Positions 1 through 7,264 of a stretch of 10,027 nt of DNA are shown in pieces. The position numbers and the translations under genes were made by a program. Within the stretch, counting starts at the first letter, position 1, and every line of letters starts with the position of its first letter. The notes under the pieces were generated by a model. The model worked only from the letters and a program-made list of their open reading frames with translations, ran no database searches and had not been told where the DNA came from. The stretch is from contig JBEKCB010000055.1 in the NCBI GenBank assembly GCA_050015075.1, positions 1-10,027 of the forward strand, given 5' to 3'. Source of the DNA: Candidatus Brocadiia bacterium. Its GTDB lineage: Bacteria > Planctomycetota > Brocadiia > CAIUPP01.

Positions 1-1309
1 ACGCCTGTTTGCCCACCAGGAAGAATACCAGCCATGAGGTCGCCATCGAGAACAGCCACCCGCCCAGAGTGCGCGGCATCTTCCACGTAAGCCATGCCAC
101 CGCCAGCAGCCAGACGCCCACGCTCACCCAGGCCGGCAGTTCCACGCCGGAGCGGGCCATCGCGCCGTAGATGGACAGCGAGTCCGCCCGTCCGGGCGAT
201 TCCACGAAGAAGCGCAGCGTCTTGCCCACCAGCGCGCCGAAATCCCACAGGATGAACGGCAGCGTCAGCGCCATCCCGACGATGGCGGCCCAGAGCCACG
301 CATTGACCGACGCGCGCCGCAGCCGGATCAGCAGCGGAACCGCAAGCACGACGTACTGCTTGCTCGTCAGCCACACGCCCATCAGGCAACCGGTCAGGAA
401 CGGCCCGCGCGCCGTCGCCAGCGCCAGCGCCAGCCCGCCGAGCGCCGCGGCCATCAGCGGCTCAGTCCAGCCGTTCTCCAGCACGAAGAGCGACCGGGGC
501 ATGAACAGGAACGCCGCGGCCGCCAGTTCGTGGAACCGGCTTCGGCCGGGGCTCATCCGCCGCGCCAACAGGTAGATCATCAGCGCCGCCGCCAGGTCGC
601 ACGCGATCCACGCCGTGCGCACGTCCCTGAACACGTACCAGAACACCATCGGCGGGTAAACCGCCGTGGGCGGATACGGAAGCCCGTAATCTTTCGCCGC
701 GCCGCCGAGATCGAGCACGCGTTCCTTGAACTTGAGCGTGTAGCCGTTCTTCCCTTCCTCGAAGAAGGCGCGGGCGGCCTCGGTCTGAATCCTGAAGACG
801 TCCGTGGCCTCATAGATGACCGACGCGGGCGAGGAGAAGAGCATCAGGATGCGCATGGCGACCGCCGCCGCGACGATGAGACAGAACCGCACGCGCGCCG
901 GCCGCCTGGAGTTCATCCGCTCGAGCAGGTAGGTGAACACCGCCATCAGCGCGCCCGCCGCCACGATCTTGATCGCCCGGCCGTATGCGTTGAGCAGGAG
1001 CATGTCGGACGGAAAACCGGGCACGCGGTAACGGAATTTCTCCTCGCTCTCGCCGTTCGAGAGGCAGCAGATCACGGCGAGGAAGGCGATGACCATGCCG
1101 AGGAGGACCGGCTCCGCCTGCACGCGCACCGCCTGCGGGCGGACGTGCAGGAACAGGGCCAGCGCCACGGCCCCGATCAGCAGCACAAGCCCTTCCCAGG
1201 TGAAGCCGCCCCAGTGCGTCAGCGGCGCCGCCACGGCGAGGATGCAGACGAGCAGCATCCCCGACGCGGCCGGGGTTTTGGCTTGTTCATCGAGCGCGGC
1301 TGGGTTCAT
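1..1309 (-). CDS. Polytopic GT-C-fold membrane glycosyltransferase (GT87/DUF2029/PIG-M-like), paralogue of 1287..2723; 3'-truncated by the window edge
   Basis: Not in the ORF track because it has no stop in the window. Manual translation from ATG 1309 stays open to position 2 (436 codons): MNPAALDEQAKTPAASGMLLVCILAVAAPLTHWGGF...AMRILMLFSSPASVIYEATDVFRIQ...YGLPYPPTAVYP...FRDVR...FLFMPRSLFVLENGWTEPL...WLTSKQYVVLA...TWKMPRTLG...VFFLVGKQA. It is collinear with the upstream gene, has many hydrophobic segments, and its start overlaps the upstream stop by 23 nt. Confidence 0.8.
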   Translation of the reverse strand, partial: MNPAALDEQAKTPAASGMLLVCILAVAAPLTHWGGFTWEGLVLLIGAVALALFLHVRPQAVRVQAEPVLLGMVIAFLAVICCLSNGESEEKFRYRVPGFPSDMLLLNAYGRAIKIVAAGALMAVFTYLLERMNSRRPARVRFCLIVAAAVAMRILMLFSSPASVIYEATDVFRIQTEAARAFFEEGKNGYTLKFKERVLDLGGAAKDYGLPYPPTAVYPPMVFWYVFRDVRTAWIACDLAAALMIYLLARRMSPGRSRFHELAAAAFLFMPRSLFVLENGWTEPLMAAALGGLALALATARGPFLTGCLMGVWLTSKQYVVLAVPLLIRLRRASVNAWLWAAIVGMALTLPFILWDFGALVGKTLRFFVESPGRADSLSIYGAMARSGVELPAWVSVGVWLLAVAWLTWKMPRTLGGWLFSMATSWLVFFLVGKQA

Positions 1310-2723
1310 CGGGTCTTCCCGGCGTCGAGTTTTCCGCCGCTCCGGGCGAGCCCGCCACGGCCAGCAGCAGCGTGAAGGCGACCAGGTAGAAGTAGTTCGC
1401 GAAGGCCTGCTTTCCGAGCAGGAAGAAGAAAATCCACATCCCCGCCGCGGCGAAAAGCATGCCCGCGAGATTCCGCGGCATCTTCCACGTGAACCACGCA
1501 AGGGCGGCGATCCAAAGACAGGCCACGACCGCGCCGATCCAGCCGGCCGAGGGGCTAACTCCCAGCGCAACCGCGAAACCGTACAGCGAAAGCGCGTCGC
1601 CTCTCGCGGGGGACTTCAGAAAGAAGTACAGGACGTTCTCCATCATCGCGTGGAGGTCCCAGATCCAGAACGGCAGCACGAGCGCCAGCCCGACTGCGAC
1701 TGCGCAAATCCACGTCGCCGCGCGCCATCGGCGCAGCTTCAGGATCATCGGAATCGCGAGCGCGACGTATTGCTTGCTGCCGAGCCACAGCCCGAGCAGC
1801 GCGCCGGTCAGCGCGGGCCATCGGCCCGACTCGGCCGCCAGCGCGAACCCCGCCATCGAGACGACCACCAGCGGCTCCGTCCAGGACTGCTCAATGACGA
1901 ACAGCGATCGCGGCAGGAAGAGGAACGTCAGCGGCAGAAGCTGGCACAGCCGCTCGCCCTTCTCGCCCGGGTTGCATCGCCGCGCAAGGGCATACATCAG
2001 CAGCGCCGCCAGCACGTCGAAAACCGCCCACACCCCCCGCACGTCCTTGAACAGCAGCCAGGAGATGCAGTTGCAATAGACGACCGAGGGCGGATAGCCG
2101 TAATTCGGGATCAGCTTGACTCGTTCGTAAGGGGAAGGAATCCTCATCGTGTAAATGTTCTCGCCCTGGAGCAAGCCGGCCCCCGCCGCGCTCTGGCTCC
2201 TGAACACTTCCATCTTCGAGTCAATCACCGAAGGCGGGGTCGAGATCATCATAAGAATCCGCAGCGCCACGGCGAGCAGGATGAGCGCCGCAAAGCGCCG
2301 GCGGGCGATCCGGCCGGCGGAGCGCGAGAGATAACTCGCCGCCAGCAGCAGCGCCGCGCCGGAGCAGACTTTGATGGCGATCCCCGGCGCGGTCAGCATC
2401 TCGGAGGCCAGCGCCTGCGGCCAAGTCCAGCCCTGCTCCGCGCTGACCTGGAGCTGGTTATACCCGGTCTGGAGCCAGCAGTTCGACGCGGCGAAGGCGA
2501 CGAAGATGCCGGAGAGCAGCGCTTCCGGCGACGGCCCGTTCCATCGCGGCCGCGCGTGAAACCAGAAGGCCAGCGCCGCCGCGCTCAGGACGAGCGGCAG
2601 ACCCCACCAGCTCAGGAAACCCCAATTGCACGAGGTGCCCCCGACGTACAGCAGAAACACGAGCAGAATCGCCGAGGCCGAAGGCGCCGCGTCAACCTTC
2701 GCGCTCGAGTCTGGAGGTGTCAT
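1287..2723 (-). CDS. Polytopic GT-C-fold membrane glycosyltransferase (GT87/DUF2029/PIG-M-like), ~478 aa
   Basis: Many TM-like segments. An acidic loop (VIDSKMEVF) is followed by GENIY, YGYPP, DVR, WTEPL and GSKQY, as in GT87-like lipid-phosphate-sugar-dependent transferases. ATG 2723 (MTPPDSS; AAAGGCGAG upstream) is preferred over TTG 2774, whose extension is a translated tandem repeat. Confidence 0.75.
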   Translation of the reverse strand: MTPPDSSAKVDAAPSASAILLVFLLYVGGTSCNWGFLSWWGLPLVLSAAALAFWFHARPRWNGPSPEALLSGIFVAFAASNCWLQTGYNQLQVSAEQGWTWPQALASEMLTAPGIAIKVCSGAALLLAASYLSRSAGRIARRRFAALILLAVALRILMMISTPPSVIDSKMEVFRSQSAAGAGLLQGENIYTMRIPSPYERVKLIPNYGYPPSVVYCNCISWLLFKDVRGVWAVFDVLAALLMYALARRCNPGEKGERLCQLLPLTFLFLPRSLFVIEQSWTEPLVVVSMAGFALAAESGRWPALTGALLGLWLGSKQYVALAIPMILKLRRWRAATWICAVAVGLALVLPFWIWDLHAMMENVLYFFLKSPARGDALSLYGFAVALGVSPSAGWIGAVVACLWIAALAWFTWKMPRNLAGMLFAAAGMWIFFFLLGKQAFANYFYLVAFTLLLAVAGSPGAAENSTPGRPDEPSRAR

Positions 2724-2738
2724 GGTCTCGCCTTTAGT

Positions 2739-2769
2739 TCCTCGCCCTCGTCCTCGTCCGTCGTCCTCG
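2739..2769. repeat. Degenerate hexamer tandem repeat (TCCTCG)x5 between queA and the GT-C gene
   Basis: TCCTCG-CCCTCG-TCCTCG-TCCGTCG-TCCTCG, read directly from the sequence. Confidence 0.7.
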
Positions 2770-2780
2770 AACAATGTCCG

Positions 2781-3842
2781 TTAGATTATCAGCATTGCGT
2801 CCCCATAGCTATAGAACCGATAACCCAACCGCCGCGCCTCCTCGTACGCGCCGAGGACTCGTTCGCGGCCGGCGAAGGCCGCGACGAGCAGCAGGAGCGT
2901 CGAGCGTGGCAGGTGAAAATTCGTGAGCAGCGCGTCGGTCATCTTGAACGTGTACGGCGGATAAACGTACAGCCGCGATTCGCCCTGGAACGGCCCGAAG
3001 CCCTGCGGCGACGCGGCGGCCGTCTCCAGCGCCCGGCAAGAGGTCGTGCCGACCGCGATGACGCGTCCGCCGGCGCGCTTCGCCTCGGCGATCCGCGCCG
3101 CCGCCTCCGCCTCAATGGAGAAGAACTCCGCGTGCATCCTGTGCCGGCGCATGTCGTCCACTTTGATCGGCTGAAACGTCCCGAGGCCGACGTGCAGCGT
3201 GATCTCCACCGTCCCGATGCCGCGCTCGCGCAGCGCCCGCAAGAGCGCCTCCGTGAAGTGCAGCCCGGCCGTCGGCGCGGCCACCGCGCCGGTCTGCCGC
3301 GCGTACACCGTCTGGTAGCGCTCATGGTCGAACGTCTCCAGCGACCGGTCCTCGCCGCGCCGCACGTAGGGCGGAAGCGGCGTCCGCCCGACCTCCTGGA
3401 GCGTCTTCAGCAGGTCCGCCGGGCGCGGCACGAGCACGGTCCACTGGCCGGTCGCCGTCTTCTCCGCAAGCTTCACGACCAGCCGTCCGTCTTCCAGTTG
3501 CAGATACTCTCCGGATTTCGGCTTGCCGTGCGCGCGGATCATCGCTTCCCACAATCCCTGGCCGAGGTCGCGCAGGAAAAAGACTTCGACCTTTCCGCCC
3601 GTCGAGCGCGTCCCGATGGTCCGCGCGGGGAAGACGCGCGTGTTGTTCAGCACGAGCAGGTCGCCCGCGCGCAGGAATCGGCCCAGGTCGCGGAACACCG
3701 CGTGCTCGATCCGCCCATCGCCGCGATGAAGCACCATCAACCGCGAGGCGTCGCGCGGCTCGGCCGGGCGCTGAGCGATGCTCTCCGGCGGCAGCTCGTA
3801 ATCGTAACGCGAGATGTCGTACTGGGAATCCACCGCCGCCAT
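2781..3842 (-). CDS. queA: S-adenosylmethionine:tRNA ribosyltransferase-isomerase (queuosine biosynthesis)
   Basis: Full set of QueA motifs: YDYELPPESIAQRP, RDASRLMVL, GDLLVLNNTRVFPAR, PLPPYV, RYQTVYA, GAVAAPTAGLHFT, TLHVGLGTFQP, IAVGTTSCRALE, LLTNFHLPRSTLL, YRFYSYGDAMLI. Length 353 aa. Confidence 0.98.
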   Translation of the reverse strand: MAAVDSQYDISRYDYELPPESIAQRPAEPRDASRLMVLHRGDGRIEHAVFRDLGRFLRAGDLLVLNNTRVFPARTIGTRSTGGKVEVFFLRDLGQGLWEAMIRAHGKPKSGEYLQLEDGRLVVKLAEKTATGQWTVLVPRPADLLKTLQEVGRTPLPPYVRRGEDRSLETFDHERYQTVYARQTGAVAAPTAGLHFTEALLRALRERGIGTVEITLHVGLGTFQPIKVDDMRRHRMHAEFFSIEAEAAARIAEAKRAGGRVIAVGTTSCRALETAAASPQGFGPFQGESRLYVYPPYTFKMTDALLTNFHLPRSTLLLLVAAFAGRERVLGAYEEARRLGYRFYSYGDAMLII

Positions 3843-3848
3843 CGAAGG

Positions 3849-4991
3849 CTAAAGCTCCTCGTATAATTTCTCGTACGCCCGCACCGAATCGTCGAGAGTC
3901 AGTCCCAGCGCGCGAACCCGCTCGTGCGCCGCGCGGCCGATCCGCAGCCGGAGATCCTCGTCGCCGGCGAGCCGGCCGACCGCATCGGCCAGCGCGCCGG
4001 GGTCATTCGGCGGCACGAGGGCGCCGCACGTCTCGTCCAGTATTTCCGGGATATCTCCCACGCGAGCAGCGACCGCTGCCCGGGCCAGCCACATCGCCTC
4101 CAGAAGGATCTTCGGCACGCTTTCCCATCGCGACGGAATGACTAGGATATCCAACGCCGCGAGCACGTCGGCAAGGTTCGTCCGCCGGCCGGCCATCACC
4201 GGCCGCGCGCCGGCGGGCAGCGATTCGATCAGAGCCTCGATCCGCGCGCGGTCCGGCCCGTCGCCGACGATGATGAACTGCGTCCCCGGCGCTTTCGCGC
4301 GAATCGCCGGGATAGCGCTCAGGAAGATGTCCTGCCCTTTTTTGGCCAGGTCGAGCCGCGCGATCATCCCCACCGTCACAGCGTCCGGCGCCAGTCCGAG
4401 GTCGCGGCGCGTCTCGGCGGGAGAGCGGTTCGGTTTCAATTCCTCGCTGTCCACACCGTCATAGATCGTCATCAGCCGGTCCGGCGACATCCCCTGCCGG
4501 CGCGCCGCCAGCCGGCGCGCGCCCTGTCCGTCCGCGACGACGCGCTCCGCCAGCCTGGAGCAGACGCGGTCGAGCGCCGCGTAAACGCCGGAGCGCTTCC
4601 AGACGTCCCAGTCCTGCACCGCGAAGACGATCCGGCGGCAACCGGCGAGCCGGCCGATCAGCACTGCGTAATACGCCATCGGAAAGCCGAAGGCGTGAAC
4701 GACCGACTCGCGGTTCGCCCGCAGCAGCCGGAACAATCGCCACTGGTACGGCAGGTTATGCCTGAACAGCCGCGTCAGAAGCGGCCTGCCGAGCGAATGA
4801 CCCGGCTTCAGCGCGCGGCACTGAATCCCGCGCGCGCGCAGTTGAGCCTGCACCGGTTCGCCCTCGTAATCGCTCCAGACCTCCACGCGGAACCGCTCCG
4901 GATTCAGGCGCGTGGCCAGGTGCAGGATATTCCGCTCCGTCCCTCCGAGGTTCAGCGAGCCGGTGAGGAAGAGAACGCGGATGGGCTTCAT
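3849..4991 (-). CDS. GT4-family (GT-B, group 1) glycosyltransferase
   Basis: N-terminal LNLGGTER; VGMIARL...KKGQDIFL; IVGDGPDR; DILVIPSRWESVPKILLEAM (EX7E); ARVGDIPEIL; GALVPPNDPGALADA. ATG at 4991 (the ORF track starts at TTG 4994). The stop lies 6 nt before the queA ATG. Confidence 0.93.
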   Translation of the reverse strand: MKPIRVLFLTGSLNLGGTERNILHLATRLNPERFRVEVWSDYEGEPVQAQLRARGIQCRALKPGHSLGRPLLTRLFRHNLPYQWRLFRLLRANRESVVHAFGFPMAYYAVLIGRLAGCRRIVFAVQDWDVWKRSGVYAALDRVCSRLAERVVADGQGARRLAARRQGMSPDRLMTIYDGVDSEELKPNRSPAETRRDLGLAPDAVTVGMIARLDLAKKGQDIFLSAIPAIRAKAPGTQFIIVGDGPDRARIEALIESLPAGARPVMAGRRTNLADVLAALDILVIPSRWESVPKILLEAMWLARAAVAARVGDIPEILDETCGALVPPNDPGALADAVGRLAGDEDLRLRIGRAAHERVRALGLTLDDSVRAYEKLYEEL

Positions 4992-5007
4992 CAAGCGGGT
5001 CCAAGGA

Positions 5008-5385
5008 TCATTTGGGAAGCGACTGGTTGATGACGACCAGGATTCGGCGCGCAGCTTCCACAGCTTCCGCAGCCTGTTCGGCAGTCACGTGCTCAGGACC
5101 GCCGTAATCCCCCGTATCCCGAAACGAACGGAGCGCGCTATAATCTGTGCCGACGGTCTCAGAAAAACGCCCCGTGAGGATGAAGTCCCGATGAAGTGCC
5201 GCCTCAACGGCAGAATGCTTCTTGAAGGCCTTCCCTTCCAAAGCGAGCAGGGGGCTCACGACGTAAAATGCCGCGTAATACGATCGGGACGCTGCCGCGT
5301 CATAATCGCCTTCGGCGCAGATGATCTCCGCTGTTCTGAGGGCCCTGCGAGCACGGTCCAGAAGGTCGGCGGCGCGCTCGTTCAT
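5008..5385 (-). CDS. HEPN domain protein (UPF0332/COG1895-like), partner of the adjacent MNT
   Basis: 125 aa, predicted all-helical. Motifs AAASRSYYAAFY, KKHSAV, RSFRDTGDY and AAEAVEAARRI are typical of UPF0332-type HEPN. ATGA overlap with the upstream MNT gene. Confidence 0.9.
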   Translation of the reverse strand: MNERAADLLDRARRALRTAEIICAEGDYDAAASRSYYAAFYVVSPLLALEGKAFKKHSAVEAALHRDFILTGRFSETVGTDYSALRSFRDTGDYGGPEHVTAEQAAEAVEAARRILVVINQSLPK

Positions 5386-5696
5386 GCCCGAATGCCATCC
5401 TTTCGCGCTTCCGCATACAATGGGAAATCGCTCTCTTCGTATCGCCGCACATCCGCCGCCATCACATGGATCACTTTGTCAATTTGCAGACTCAGGGGAA
5501 AGAGCGCTTCGCTCGCTGCATAAACGTCCTGCCAGGTCTCCGCCGGCTTGTCCAGCAGGACCATGACGTCAATATCGCTGTCGGGCTGGTCGTCGCCTCG
5601 CGCGAGTGAGCCATAGAGCACCACGCCGCGGAAATGCGGCCCGTACGCCTTCGCAAGACGGCTCTTGATCTCTTGAAGAAGCGCATTCGTGGTCAT
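5382..5696 (-). CDS. Minimal nucleotidyltransferase (MNT, Pol-beta superfamily)
   Basis: 104 aa. VVLYGSLARGDDQPDSDIDVMV is the GS-x10-DxD motif; C-terminal PLYAEARKDGI. SD-like AAGAGGA upstream. Confidence 0.92.
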   Translation of the reverse strand: MTTNALLQEIKSRLAKAYGPHFRGVVLYGSLARGDDQPDSDIDVMVLLDKPAETWQDVYAASEALFPLSLQIDKVIHVMAADVRRYEESDFPLYAEARKDGIRA

Positions 5697-5722
5697 GACG
5701 TTGGTCCTCTTGATCGCCAGGC

Positions 5723-5741
5723 ATTATACAACAGAATTCTG
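5723..5741 (-). promoter_or_regulatory. Putative internal promoter of the MNT-HEPN pair: perfect -10 box plus adjacent 10-bp palindrome
   Basis: TATAAT on the minus strand at 5728-5723 in an AT-rich spacer; CAGAATTCTG palindrome at 5732-5741. No -35 at canonical spacing (TTGCCG is 13 nt away, TTGTGA 20 nt away). Confidence 0.5.
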
Positions 5742-5764
5742 CGGCAACTCACAATATGTTTCCT

Positions 5765-7264
5765 TTATGGCCTGTTCATTGCAAGCCGGACGAGCCTTCG
5801 CAAACGGCGTCCCAGCGCGGAAACCAAGTCGCAGGCGAGGTTCCACAGGTGCGCCGGCAGGCGCTCCGGGATGTACCGCGCGACGGTGAAGATCGAGAGG
5901 ACGTACTTCTCCAGCTTGTACCTCTGCTGGACGAGCGGGTTGCAGACCTTGCCGTAGAAAGCGCGCTCCGGAAACGAATAGTGCGCGAACGCTTCGTAGA
6001 ATGCGCGATAGCGCTTGCGCTTGGGGAACTCCGGCGTGTCGAACACCACGCGGCGGAACGTCAGCGCGCGCAGGCTGAGCGGGTCCTCCAGCAGCCGGCC
6101 GTGCTTCATGACGTAATCGTAAAACTCGGTGCCGGGGAACGGCGTGGCCAGGTACCATTCGGCGTGGATTCCCAGCTTGGCCATGTTCTTCATTGCCGTG
6201 CGTGTGGATTCGTAGGTGGTGTGCGGCAGGCCGATGACCATCGAGGCGCGGACCGGCACGCCGGCGGCCTTGAGAGTCTCGATCGCGCTCAGGATCGTCT
6301 CGTACCGCTCGCCCTTCTTGATATGGACGAATGTCTCCGGGTTCGCGTCCTCGAAGCCGACGCTGACGCCGGCGCAGCCGCTGGCCTTCAGCAGCCGCGC
6401 GAACTCCGGCGTCACCGAATCCGCGCGGATGCCGTCGGGCAGGTAATAGCGCAGGCCCGGGTTCCGCTCGATCATCAGGCGGCAGATTTTCTCCGCTCGC
6501 TCGCGGATGAGGCTGAAATGGTCGTCCCAGATGTACAGCGCGTCGAACTTGAACCGCTCCTTCGCCCACGCGATTTCATCCACAACGTTTTCCGCCGAGC
6601 GCGGCCGGAACGTGCGCCGCGTGAGCGTCTTGTTCAGGCAGAAGATGCAGTTGAACGGGCAGCCGCGGCTGGTCATCATCGGATATTCCGACAGCGTCCC
6701 GCCGACGCTGTCGAAAAGCTCGTAGGCCGGCAGCGGCAGCGTGTCGAGGTCCGCGATGAATTCCCGCGCGGGTTCCTGGACCGGCTCGGCGCCCTCGAAC
6801 CGGACGGTCCCCGCGATGCCGGTCAGCGGCCCGCCGGCGAGGCGCTTCTCGACGACCTCCGCGAACGTCACCTCGCCCTCGCCGGAGACGCAGATGTCCG
6901 CGAGTCCGGCCACGGCGCGCGCTCCTTCGGCCGGCGCGACGCTGATCCCTACGCCGCCGGCGACCAGGAGCGTCCGGTCGCCGCGCGCGGCGCGGACCTC
7001 GCGCAGCAAATCGCGCGCGCCGTCGTAGGTGATCCGGCACGCCGGGAACAGGCTGACGCCCAGCGCGTCCGGCGCCCACTCCAGCGCCTGCTGCAGCCGC
7101 CGCGAGCGGCCGCCGGGCACGTTCAGGTTATTCAGGTCCAGCACGCGGACCTCGTGCCCGCGCGCGCGCATGACGGCGGCGATGCTCGCCAGCCCCAGGT
7201 TCAGCTCGTTCGGCGAGACGCTCGGCAGGTCCACGAGCAGGATTTTCGCGCGGCTTTCAGCCAT
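5765..7264 (-). CDS. Cobalamin (B12)-binding-domain radical SAM protein (class B / BchE-HpnP-like superfamily)
   Basis: N-terminal B12-binding-like region (LGLASIAAVMRARGHEVRVLD, VAGG, GEGEVTF), then DLDTLPLPAY, TSRGCPFNCIFC (CxxxCxxC), RPRSAENVVDEI, DDHF, IRAD, IGLP and TPFPGT. 499 aa; the start overlaps the GT2 stop by 8 nt. Confidence 0.93.
   Translation of the reverse strand: MAESRAKILLVDLPSVSPNELNLGLASIAAVMRARGHEVRVLDLNNLNVPGGRSRRLQQALEWAPDALGVSLFPACRITYDGARDLLREVRAARGDRTLLVAGGVGISVAPAEGARAVAGLADICVSGEGEVTFAEVVEKRLAGGPLTGIAGTVRFEGAEPVQEPAREFIADLDTLPLPAYELFDSVGGTLSEYPMMTSRGCPFNCIFCLNKTLTRRTFRPRSAENVVDEIAWAKERFKFDALYIWDDHFSLIRERAEKICRLMIERNPGLRYYLPDGIRADSVTPEFARLLKASGCAGVSVGFEDANPETFVHIKKGERYETILSAIETLKAAGVPVRASMVIGLPHTTYESTRTAMKNMAKLGIHAEWYLATPFPGTEFYDYVMKHGRLLEDPLSLRALTFRRVVFDTPEFPKRKRYRAFYEAFAHYSFPERAFYGKVCNPLVQQRYKLEKYVLSIFTVARYIPERLPAHLWNLACDLVSALGRRLRRLVRLAMNRP

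Noticed and set aside
171-1375. Plus-strand ORFs 171..575 and 530..1375
   Set aside because: Antisense to the real minus-strand GT-C paralogue; low-complexity translations without motifs.
1089-3866. 925-aa plus-strand ORF
   Set aside because: Antisense shadow of queA and the GT-C gene. It is Arg/Gln/His-rich with no recognisable domain, and long stop-free antisense frames are expected at this GC content.
5765-7264. Radical SAM as a queuosine enzyme (QueE/QueG) or a tRNA methylthiotransferase (MiaB)
   Set aside because: The architecture is B12-binding domain plus radical SAM. QueE is much shorter, QueG has ferredoxin-type Cys clusters and is not radical SAM, and the MiaB N-terminal Cys motif and TRAM domain are absent.
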